From an uncultured Dehalococcoidales bacterium (GTDB lineage Bacteria > Chloroflexota > Dehalococcoidia > GIF9 > AB-539-J10): a DNA stretch of 45,977 nt. The position numbers and the translations under genes were made by a program. Under the pieces are notes generated by a model, which did no database searches, was not told the DNA's origin, and saw only the letters and a program-made list of their open reading frames with translations. Below, piece by piece: positions 38,238 to 45,706 of this stretch; position 1 is the first letter of the stretch; each line of letters opens with the position of its first letter. Location: positions 1-45,977 of the forward strand of contig CAZVCS010000001.1 of NCBI GenBank assembly GCA_964625765.1. Direction: 5' to 3'.

Positions 38238-38723
38238 ATGAACGTGAACGAGGACATCTACGTCGACATTGCCTCACGCGAGGGCGCCGAACCCGACGGC
38301 GCGTGGTTCCGGTCGGTCGTGCGCGATACGCTGCAGGCTGAGAACGTCTTCCCGCCGTACGAGGTCGGCCTCATCCTCTCGGATCAGGACACGGTTCACG
38401 CGATGAACCGCCGCTACCGCAACGTAGACGCTCCGACGGACGTCATCGCGTTCTACACAGAGGCGCCGCCGGGCACAGCCGAGGCGTTCGTCTTGCCTGA
38501 TGACGGCGTCCGTCGACTCGGCGACCTCGTCATCTCCTATCCGCAGGCTGTCGAGCAGGCAAGGGAACAGGGCCACAGCACGCGACACGAACTCACGCTT
38601 CTCGTCATCCACGGTGTGCTGCACCTCCTTGGCTACGACCACGAAGATGCCGCCGATGCGGCCCGGATGCGGGGCAGAGAGGCGGAGCTGCTGGAAGCGT
38701 TCAGGGGCGCCCACTACGAGTAA
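38238..38723 (+). CDS. ybeY: rRNA maturation endoribonuclease YbeY
   Basis: The HGVLHLLGYDHED zinc motif and a TDVIAF motif are present. Confidence 0.9.
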   Translation: MNVNEDIYVDIASREGAEPDGAWFRSVVRDTLQAENVFPPYEVGLILSDQDTVHAMNRRYRNVDAPTDVIAFYTEAPPGTAEAFVLPDDGVRRLGDLVISYPQAVEQAREQGHSTRHELTLLVIHGVLHLLGYDHEDAADAARMRGREAELLEAFRGAHYE

Positions 38724-38806
38724 AGAGCAGGAGTACACTCGACGACCCGTCAATCGAAGCCCGGGCGGGAGGCGATTGACTCAGAGACTCGGTGTGGAGG
38801 TGAAGG

Positions 38807-39091
38807 ATGGCGAAGTTCGTGATGATGACGACCCTCACAGACGAGGGAAGAAAGACGCTGAGGGACAAGCCCGAGAGACTGCGCGAGGTGAACAGGGAAG
38901 TTGAGGCGATGGGCGCCAAGGTCCTGGCGCAGTACGCCCTGCTCGGACCCTACGACTTCATCAACATCCTCGAGGCGCGGAGCAACGAGGACATTACGCG
39001 CATCGCCCTGGCGCTGGGGGCGCGGGGCACGATGCAAACGCTGACGCTGGCCGCCATTGAGATTGAAGAGCTCATTCGCAGTCTCAAGTAG
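38807..39091 (+). CDS. GYD domain-containing protein
   Basis: 94 aa, with MAKFVMMTTLTDEG and LGPYDFINILEA (G-x-YD), the typical GYD family pattern. A GGAGGTGAAGG lies upstream. Confidence 0.75.
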   Translation: MAKFVMMTTLTDEGRKTLRDKPERLREVNREVEAMGAKVLAQYALLGPYDFINILEARSNEDITRIALALGARGTMQTLTLAAIEIEELIRSLK

Positions 39092-39116
39092 GGGCCTGCC
39101 GGCCCGCCCGGGCTGA

Positions 39117-39761
39117 CTACGTCTGGCTGTCCGGCAACTCGCTGAGGGTGACGCGGCGCGGGTTGACCCGCGCCTTCTCGGCGGTCACGATTGCCATAAT
39201 CTGTGCGACGACCTCGTCGATGCGTCCAGCGTGGCTGGTCAGCACGTAGTCGAACAGAGGCAGTTGCCGGTACTCCTGCGCGGCCTTTCCCAGCCTGACA
39301 GCTATCTCCTCGGCCGATTCGCTCTTCCGCAGACGCAGCCGGCGCTCAAGCTCCTGCATGGAGGGCGGACGCAGGTAGAGCAGCAGCGCGCCGGGGACCT
39401 CGCGCCGGATCGTTGCCGCGCCCTGAACGTCCACCTTGACGACTACGTCACGCCCGGTTCTGAGCGCCTCGGCCACGGCGAAGCGCGGCACACCGTAGAG
39501 GTTCCCGTAGACATTCGCCCATTCGAGCATCCTGCCCTGGGCAACCATCTCTCTGAACTGCTCCTGCGAGAAGAAGTGGTAGTGGACGCCATCCACCTCG
39601 CTGGGTCGCCGCTGCCGCGTCGTCGCGGTCACGACGTACGTGAACGGGCAGTGGAGTTGCTTCAGGCGGTCGATGACAGTGTCCTTGCCGACGCCGGACG
39701 AGCCTGAGACAACGAGAAGGAGGTTCTGCGGGGTCTGCAACTGGAACTCAGCCGCGTCCAT
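39117..39761 (-). CDS. gmk: Guanylate kinase
   Basis: The P-loop VSGSSGVGKDT and the motifs ATTRQRRPSEVDGVHYHF and LEWANVYGNLYG are present. Confidence 0.93.
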   Translation of the reverse strand: MDAAEFQLQTPQNLLLVVSGSSGVGKDTVIDRLKQLHCPFTYVVTATTRQRRPSEVDGVHYHFFSQEQFREMVAQGRMLEWANVYGNLYGVPRFAVAEALRTGRDVVVKVDVQGAATIRREVPGALLLYLRPPSMQELERRLRLRKSESAEEIAVRLGKAAQEYRQLPLFDYVLTSHAGRIDEVVAQIMAIVTAEKARVNPRRVTLSELPDSQT

Positions 39762-39814
39762 TGTGCTGAAGGCTCACCGGGCGGTCTGCCCCCAGCCGCC
39801 CGTGCAGTTTCGGC

Positions 39815-39823
39815 ATTGTATCA
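39815..39823 (-). promoter_or_regulatory. Candidate extended -10 element (TGaTACAAT) for gmk, overlapping the transporter's stop codon
   Basis: The minus strand reads cgactcgTGATACAATgcc. The TGA is the stop of the 39821..41206 CDS. No good -35 element is visible. Confidence 0.3.
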
Positions 39824-41206
39824 CGAGTCGGTGCGACCCAGAACGTGCCGCCGGCACCATGTGGCCGCCAGCGGGACGAGGATGCTGGCGCCAAGCCCGA
39901 TGAGCGCGAGATGCGGACGCAACGGCACATCGAGGCCCGGAATCGCGCCACAGAGGCCGAGGGCTCCTCCGACGCACATGCCGGCCAGCGCCGAGTGTGC
40001 ATCGGGTCGCAGGCGCCCCCCAATCAGGCCGAGCAGAACGGGCCCGACAACGCCGGACGTGAACACGGAGTAGGCGAACAGCAGAGAGGAGATGACGCCG
40101 CGGAGACTGAGCGCAAGCAGCAGGGCAACAGCACCAAGCGCGAGTACACACAAACGCGTCACCAGGACCACCCTCCGGTCATCGAGCGGCCGGACCCTCG
40201 AGATCACGTCGTCGGCCAGTGCGACCGCCTGTCCGAGCAGCGTGCTGTCCGCCGAGGACATGAGTGCCGCAGTGAGGCCGGCGAGCAGCAACGCCGAGGG
40301 TAACGCAGGCAGTCCTCGGTAGAGGAGCCAGGGCAGCGCCTCTTCCGCCGCAATCCCCGGCGCAAGCACCCTGGCGGCAAGGCCAAGGGCCGTGACCAGC
40401 AAGGCCACCGGCAGCATGAGCAGAGCGGCTCCGATCGCTGCCCCGCGCGCAGATGCGGAGTCGCGAGCCGAGAAGAGCCGCGTGTAGATGTCCGGACCAA
40501 CGAGATAGACCGAGCCGACGAGCACCAGCATCGTGACGAGGCCGTCCCAGCCGAACGCGTCGCTGACAGGAAATGACAAGCTGCCCGCAGGCAGGGCCTG
40601 TACATACCAGTCGAGGCTGTCTCCGGCCAGAAGCAGGGCGCCAACCGCGGCAGACACCCCGATGACGAGAACAGCGGCCTGGACGGCATCGGTCCGTATG
40701 ATTGCGCCCTGTCCGCCGATGATAACGTACGTCACCAGCACCGCTGCGAGCAGCGCCATCCACAATCCGGGCGAATCGACGCCCAGGACAGATAGCACGA
40801 GGCCCGCGGCGACCAGTTGTCCGCTGACCACGCCCGTCCACGCCACCACGACGAGCAGCGCAGTCACCACAGCAGCGCGCGGACCGTACATTCGGCCCAC
40901 CAACCCCGGCAGCGTGTAGGCCGGCCAGCGGCGCACGCGCGGAACCAGGAACGCCCCAAGGATGAGGAGCCCGGCAACCCCCGACAGGCTCCACCACATC
41001 GCCGTCATGCCTCTCTCGTAGGCGAGTCCGGCAACGCCGACCGTGGCCGAGGCGCCCACGACTGTCGCGAGCAGGCTCCCACCGATGGTCCGCGCTGTGC
41101 CGCGCCGACCGGCCACGAAGAAGGCATCGCGGGAGACGGCGGACCTTCCGGTGGACAGCCCGACGAGGAGGAAGAGGGCGAGGCACACCGCAAGCAGAGC
41201 AGTCAT
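39821..41206 (-). CDS. Sodium:solute symporter family (SSF) transporter, candidate vitamin (biotin) transporter
   Basis: About 13 hydrophobic segments and an SSF-like N-terminus (FFVAGRRGTARTIGGSLLATVVGASATVGVAGLAYERG). The ATG at 41206 overlaps the birA stop (ATGA). The ORF-track 41377 start is an Arg-rich extension inside birA. Confidence 0.85.
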   Translation of the reverse strand: MTALLAVCLALFLLVGLSTGRSAVSRDAFFVAGRRGTARTIGGSLLATVVGASATVGVAGLAYERGMTAMWWSLSGVAGLLILGAFLVPRVRRWPAYTLPGLVGRMYGPRAAVVTALLVVVAWTGVVSGQLVAAGLVLSVLGVDSPGLWMALLAAVLVTYVIIGGQGAIIRTDAVQAAVLVIGVSAAVGALLLAGDSLDWYVQALPAGSLSFPVSDAFGWDGLVTMLVLVGSVYLVGPDIYTRLFSARDSASARGAAIGAALLMLPVALLVTALGLAARVLAPGIAAEEALPWLLYRGLPALPSALLLAGLTAALMSSADSTLLGQAVALADDVISRVRPLDDRRVVLVTRLCVLALGAVALLLALSLRGVISSLLFAYSVFTSGVVGPVLLGLIGGRLRPDAHSALAGMCVGGALGLCGAIPGLDVPLRPHLALIGLGASILVPLAATWCRRHVLGRTDS

Positions 41207-42132
41207 GCGGCCGCACCGTGAGTACAATCGCCCGCGACGACCGTCCGAATCTGCCCGTCTGGTTGCCTGACGATAAGCGCTCCACTCTCGTCGACATCGA
41301 CGGCCGTGCCTCGTACCGTCTCGTCGCCCAGGGCGATGGACACCTCTCGCCCCAGCGTCACCGTCCTGCTGCGCCACTCATCGAGCAGGCGCGCGTCAAG
41401 AAGATGCGGCAATCTCGCCAGCACTCCCTCGACGATATCCCGCGCCAGCCGGGGCCGGTCGACCGGCGCGCCCAGCAACTCAACGAGCGAGACCGCTGGA
41501 GGTAGAACCTCCGGAACGGGCGCGTTGGCGTTGAGGCCGATTCCCACGTTGACGTAGTGCACGACATCGCACTCGGCCTCCATCTCCGCAAGGATGCCGC
41601 ACACCTTCCTGCCGCCGACGAGCACGTCGTTGGGCCACTTGACCCCCGCCTCGATTCCGAAGAGGCGCCGCAGGCTGTCCGAAACGGCCACCGCGGCCAT
41701 AAGATTGACACGCGGCGCCTGGAACGGGGCCACGCGCGGGCGCAGGACGAGCGTCATGTAGATGCCGCCGGGAGGAGACGACCAGTTGCGCTGCAGCCGG
41801 CCGCGCCCGCCCGTCTGCGTCTCGGCCACCACCAGAGTCCCCTCTTCTGCTCCCTCGCGGGCCAGAGCCCTCGCCACCCCCATGGTCGAATCGAGGGCCA
41901 TGTGATGGTGCACCTTCGGCTCCCAGCCGGGGAACTCCCCTGGAAGCATCAGGTCCGGAACCGACTCCAGTCTATAGCCGCGTGACGACGCGGCCACGCG
42001 GTAGCCGAGCTTTCTCAGCTCCTCCACGTGTTTCCAGACGGCCACCCGACTGATGCCCAACTCACGACTGAGCACCTCCCCGGATACGGTGGTGCCAGCC
42101 GTTCTCAGCGCCGCAAGTATCTCGTAGCGCAT
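41203..42132 (-). CDS. birA: Bifunctional biotin-[acetyl-CoA-carboxylase] ligase / biotin operon repressor BirA
   Basis: An N-terminal HTH (VSGEVLSRELGISRVAVWKHVEELRKLGYRV) and the BPL catalytic motif QTGGRGRLQRNW are present. Start is the ATG at 42132. An in-frame GTG at 42153 is an alternative. Confidence 0.9.
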   Translation of the reverse strand: MRYEILAALRTAGTTVSGEVLSRELGISRVAVWKHVEELRKLGYRVAASSRGYRLESVPDLMLPGEFPGWEPKVHHHMALDSTMGVARALAREGAEEGTLVVAETQTGGRGRLQRNWSSPPGGIYMTLVLRPRVAPFQAPRVNLMAAVAVSDSLRRLFGIEAGVKWPNDVLVGGRKVCGILAEMEAECDVVHYVNVGIGLNANAPVPEVLPPAVSLVELLGAPVDRPRLARDIVEGVLARLPHLLDARLLDEWRSRTVTLGREVSIALGDETVRGTAVDVDESGALIVRQPDGQIRTVVAGDCTHGAAA

Positions 42133-42162
42133 GGTTAACCAGTCTTGCCGCACAGGTTAACG
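42133..42162. promoter_or_regulatory. BirA operator-like inverted repeat (minus strand: CGTTAACC-N14-GGTTAACC)
   Basis: GGTTAACC at 42133-42140 and GGTTAACG at 42155-42162 are separated by a 14-nt spacer. The repeat is immediately adjacent to the birA ATG. Upstream on the minus strand lie TTGACG (42183-42178) and a weak -10 TAACCT inside the distal half-site. Confidence 0.65.
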
Positions 42163-42257
42163 CTTTGTCGGCGGAGGCGTCAAGATTCGCCGCGAGCCAG
42201 CCCCGTCGCATCTCTGGACAAGTGAGGCCACGAACGAGTATGCTTACCCGCTGAGCC

Positions 42258-42905
42258 ATGGAGATAACCTGGGCCGGTCACTCGTGTTTCACCGTGAGAG
42301 GCAAGGAGACGGCGGTGGTCTTCGACCCCTGTCCTCCGGAGCAAGGCTGCGTGATTCGATGGGGGACGCCTCAGGTAGTGCTCGTCAGTCACGCGCACAA
42401 GGGGCACTCCTTTCTTGAGGGCGTGCCGGCAGGCTCCCGCGTATTCTCGGGGCCGGGCGAGTACGAGGTCGGCGGAGCATTTATCACCGGCCACAGCTCC
42501 TTTCATGACGACGAGCGCGGCGCCGTCCGCGGCAAGAACACGATATACGTCGTCGAGATGGAAGGTTTGAGGCTCTGTCACGCCGGCGACCTCGGCCATC
42601 CGCTCAGCGCGACAGCCCTCAAGGAGCTGGGCAAGGTCGACGTTCTGTTCGTGCCCGTTGGGGACGTTACGACGTTCAGCGTGGCGGAAGCGCGATTGCT
42701 CGTGCGCGCGTTGCAGCCTCGCTACGTCCTGCCGATGCACTACCGGACAGAGAACGCGCGACCCGACCTCGAGCCCCTGGAGACATTCGTGGCGGCGATG
42801 GGGCTTCAACCTTCGGAACCTCGGTCGAAAGTCACACTGTCGGCAACGAGCCTGCCACTGAACATGCAGGTGGCGGTTCTCACGTGCGAGAGCCGGACCG
42901 GCTGA
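42258..42905 (+). CDS. MBL-fold metal-dependent hydrolase
   Basis: ITWAGHSCF, VLVSHAHKGH and VPVGD motifs fit the short UlaG/YtkL-like beta-lactamase-fold family. A candidate promoter TGGACA (42215-42220)-18 nt-TATGCT (42239-42244) lies upstream. Confidence 0.8.
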   Translation: MEITWAGHSCFTVRGKETAVVFDPCPPEQGCVIRWGTPQVVLVSHAHKGHSFLEGVPAGSRVFSGPGEYEVGGAFITGHSSFHDDERGAVRGKNTIYVVEMEGLRLCHAGDLGHPLSATALKELGKVDVLFVPVGDVTTFSVAEARLLVRALQPRYVLPMHYRTENARPDLEPLETFVAAMGLQPSEPRSKVTLSATSLPLNMQVAVLTCESRTG

Positions 42906-42978
42906 CGGAAGCGAACTCCCTTCGGCCGCGGCTTCCCGGGCGCTGTCGCCAGAAAGGTCAGCGCTGCCTCCCGGACCT

Positions 42979-43007
42979 TTGACATGCCGTGACAGCCCAC
43001 CTACAAT
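42979..43007 (+). promoter_or_regulatory. Candidate promoter TTGACA-17 nt-TACAAT, 10 nt upstream of the zinc-ribbon gene's ATG
   Basis: Perfect TTGACA at 42979-42984, a 17-nt spacer, and TACAAT at 43002-43007. Confidence 0.55.
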
Positions 43008-43017
43008 TGCCAGACCG

Positions 43018-43713
43018 ATGAGTGTCGCTTCTCGATTGCGCCAGCTTCAGGTCGCCGACCTGGAGATCAAAGAGAAACGCCGAATCCTCCACGATATCAT
43101 CAGCCGGCTCGAACGCAGCGAGGCCGTCGCCTCCGCTGAGGCCGATTTGAGCGCTCTTGAAGCCCGTCTCACATCCGCGCGCGGCAATCAGCGTCAGCTC
43201 GAGTACGACGTTGACGACACAACCGCGAAGGTGCGTGACCTCAACAACCGTCTCTACAGCGGCTCGGTCCACAATCCGAAGGAGCTCCTCAGCCTGCAGC
43301 AGGAGATTGCCGGCATCAGGAAGCACCTCTCCGAGAAGGAGGAGGCTCTGCTTGACGCCATGGGCGCGCTGGAAGCGATGGAAGCCGACGCCGCGGCGGT
43401 CCGCGCCCGGGTGACGCAATTGCGGGAGGAGTGGGAGCGCCAGAAGGAAGGACTAAACGCCGAGCGAAGTTCGATTGAGTCTGCTCTCGCCCGGCTCCTC
43501 GAAGTGCGCCAGACCGCGCGGCTCGAGCTGGGAGACGAAGTCACCCGGCTCTACGACCACCTGGCACAGACCAAAGGCGTAGCCGTCGTGCAGGTGGAGC
43601 AGGGTCGCTGCCGGGGCTGCAACTTGACTGTGCCGACGGGCCTCTGGCAGCGGGCCCGCGCCGGCGAGATGGTCCAGTGCGCGAGCTGCGGCCGCATCCT
43701 CACTGTCGACTGA
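43018..43713 (+). CDS. COG1579-type coiled-coil / C4 zinc-ribbon protein
   Basis: A long heptad-like coiled-coil region ends in CRGCNLTVP....VQCASCGRIL. I chose the ATG at 43018 because of the promoter placement. Confidence 0.8.
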   Translation: MSVASRLRQLQVADLEIKEKRRILHDIISRLERSEAVASAEADLSALEARLTSARGNQRQLEYDVDDTTAKVRDLNNRLYSGSVHNPKELLSLQQEIAGIRKHLSEKEEALLDAMGALEAMEADAAAVRARVTQLREEWERQKEGLNAERSSIESALARLLEVRQTARLELGDEVTRLYDHLAQTKGVAVVQVEQGRCRGCNLTVPTGLWQRARAGEMVQCASCGRILTVD

Positions 43714-43729
43714 CTCGTCCCGGCGATGG

Positions 43730-43758
43730 TTGACTCCCGCCCGTTCGCGACATAGACT
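43730..43758 (+). promoter_or_regulatory. Candidate rnpB promoter (TTGACT-17 nt-TAGACT)
   Basis: TTGACT at 43730-43735 and TAGACT at 43753-43758. The predicted start site near 43765 coincides with the 5' strand of P1. Confidence 0.5.
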
Positions 43759-43764
43759 AAGCCC

Positions 43765-44163
43765 GGGGGTGGTAGATCGGGTGGCCGCTCCGCGCCTCCG
43801 GGCGCGGGGAGGAAAGTCCGGGCTCCTCCGAGCAGGGTGCTGGGCAACGCCCAGGCGGGGCAACCCGACGGAAAGCGCCACAGAAACATACCGCCCGCTC
43901 GCGCGGGTAAGGGTGAAATGGCGAGGTAAGAGCTCACCGGCAGCCGGGAGACCGGCTGGACGTGCAAACCCCACCCGGAGCAAGGCCAAATAGGGGGGCG
44001 AAAACCACTGTGCCGCGGTCTTCGGATCGCAAGCACGGGGAGCACGGCGCTCGGCTGATGTCCCCGGGTTGGTTGCTTGACCCTGACGGCAACGTCAGGG
44101 CTAGATGGATGGCCACCGCTCTCGACGAGAGTACAGAACCCGGCTTACAGGTCTGCCACCCCC
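43765..44163 (+). ncRNA. rnpB: RNase P RNA, bacterial type A
   Basis: Universal motifs GGAGGAAAGTCCGGGCTC, GGTAAGGGTGAAA, CCACCCGGAGCAAGGCCAAATAGGGG and ACAGAACCCGGCTTA occur in the E. coli M1 RNA order. P1 can form between GGTGGTAGATC (43768-43778) and GGTCTGCCACC (44150-44160). The ends are approximate. Confidence 0.93.
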
Positions 44164-45029
44164 CGCTTCCCGCCCTCAGCCTCTGGCTGCGCCGGCTTCC
44201 GCAGCGCCAGCGACGCGTACCCGACCACGCGGGATACGTCGCCCGTCGTGTCTCCGCTGGTGGCATACTTCAGCAACTCGGCACGTGTCGCTCCGCGGAG
44301 GACCGCCGCGTGCATGACCGCCGCCACCGGCCCGTAGCCACACATGCTGCAGTCTTCATCCGCAAGGATGCGGTACATGCCGTCGATGTCCAGCGCTCGG
44401 ATAGCCTCGACCACGCCGGAGTCTTTGCGCCCCGCCGATGCCTGTGACTCGTAGTGCGTGAGGTCGGTGCTGGCAATGAGCAGCACGTTGCCCTCAAGCC
44501 TGGAGAGGGCATCGCCGACCGCAAGAGCGGTGTGAGCGTCCTGCGCCATCATCGCCACCGGGATGATTCTCACCGCATCGCCATACAGGTGCTGCAACCA
44601 GGGAATCTGCACCTCGACGCTGTGTTCGTAGACGTGAGCCGATTCGTCCGCACGGATGACGCCGCCAAGGAGTTGCCGGGCCCGGGCTTCATCGACTCTC
44701 GCTTCGCCGATGGGCGTGGTCCACGAGCCGGCGACCCAGACGGACACCGGGCTGCCATAGCCGGTATGGTTCGGTCCAACGATGACTGCCGTTTCGACGG
44801 CGCCGTCGAGCGCCAGCGCGTGATAGGCGTGGGCGGCAACCGGGCCGGACGCCATGTAACCGGCATGCGGAGCCACAAGGGCGACTATCTCGCGAGGTCC
44901 CGCGGGGTTCACCTCCGGGACGTCACCGGGACCGAGACGATGGCGATAGCACCACTCAAGCTGGGCGAGCACGCCGCTGCGTGTCGCAGCATAGAACGTA
45001 CCGGCGACCGCCGGCTTCCTGACACTCAT
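44145..45029 (-). CDS. Memo-like protein (AmmeMemoRadiSam system protein B family)
   Basis: KPAVAGTFY and APHAGYMASGPVAAHAY are typical of the Memo/AmmeMemoRadiSam B family. The ATG at 45029 overlaps the upstream stop (ATGA). The 3' end overlaps rnpB on the opposite strand. Confidence 0.85.
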   Translation of the reverse strand: MSVRKPAVAGTFYAATRSGVLAQLEWCYRHRLGPGDVPEVNPAGPREIVALVAPHAGYMASGPVAAHAYHALALDGAVETAVIVGPNHTGYGSPVSVWVAGSWTTPIGEARVDEARARQLLGGVIRADESAHVYEHSVEVQIPWLQHLYGDAVRIIPVAMMAQDAHTALAVGDALSRLEGNVLLIASTDLTHYESQASAGRKDSGVVEAIRALDIDGMYRILADEDCSMCGYGPVAAVMHAAVLRGATRAELLKYATSGDTTGDVSRVVGYASLALRKPAQPEAEGGKRGVADL

Positions 45030-45706
45030 GCCCCTGCCTCCTGTTCCGACCCCTCCGCGGTGACCCCCTCGCGCTGAGGCTTCTCTTCCGCCTCCGGACG
45101 GCGCGACTGGTCGCGAAGCCAACGATGTAGCTCATCGAATGCGGGCGGTACCACGCTGAAGACCTCGATGTCCGCCGGGAACTGCAGCCCGTGCCCCTCG
45201 CGTGCGAACAGCAGGCCCACCTCGTCCTCACCAAGCGTCTTCTGGATGACGTCGATGGCGTGCTCGTTCCGCTGCTTCAGCGCGCCGGAGTACAGGTCGC
45301 CCACCAGGTCCGCCACCTTGCTGCTGGCGAAGCCCAGCAGGACGAAGCGTTCCCAGTCGCTCAACTCGGCCGCGAGGTCCCGGTCCTCGAGCGCCTCGAG
45401 CGCAGCTCCCTCGGCGCAAAGCCGCTGGGCGATGTCGTAACCGTAGCGGTTCATCTTCTCGAGGTTTGCCAGGCCGGTCTCACCCGCATCCCAGACTGAC
45501 TCATGGTAAATGTGACGCACGGCTCCGATGCGCGCCGCGAGCTTCACCACCTGTTCGCCGACCTGCAGCCAGTAGCGGTCGCAGAGCGCGGCGTACTCCG
45601 TCGGCGCGCGCTCGTGGCTGAAGACGAGGAAGACGACGAGGAGCTTGCGGCGCCCCTGAAAGCTCTCGACCGCCGGCCGCTCCAGCCGGCCGAGCGCCTC
45701 ACTCAC
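45026..45706 (-). CDS. Hypothetical protein (226 aa), no family recognised
   Basis: Coding-like composition. The GTG start overlaps the upstream stop (GTGA), and the stop overlaps the Memo-like ATG. The C-terminus is acidic and Glu-rich. Confidence 0.6.
   Translation of the reverse strand: MSEALGRLERPAVESFQGRRKLLVVFLVFSHERAPTEYAALCDRYWLQVGEQVVKLAARIGAVRHIYHESVWDAGETGLANLEKMNRYGYDIAQRLCAEGAALEALEDRDLAAELSDWERFVLLGFASSKVADLVGDLYSGALKQRNEHAIDVIQKTLGEDEVGLLFAREGHGLQFPADIEVFSVVPPAFDELHRWLRDQSRRPEAEEKPQREGVTAEGSEQEAGA

Noticed and set aside
40179-41297. 372-aa alternative-frame ORF on the minus strand, and other ORFs inside the transporter gene
   Set aside because: The translation is extremely Arg/Gly-rich. 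The SSF frame gives a coherent multi-TM protein that is coupled to birA.
43730-44447. Several 70-178-aa ORFs on both strands across 43453-44447
   Set aside because: They overlie the RNase P RNA gene, whose conserved motifs and P1 pairing explain the sequence.
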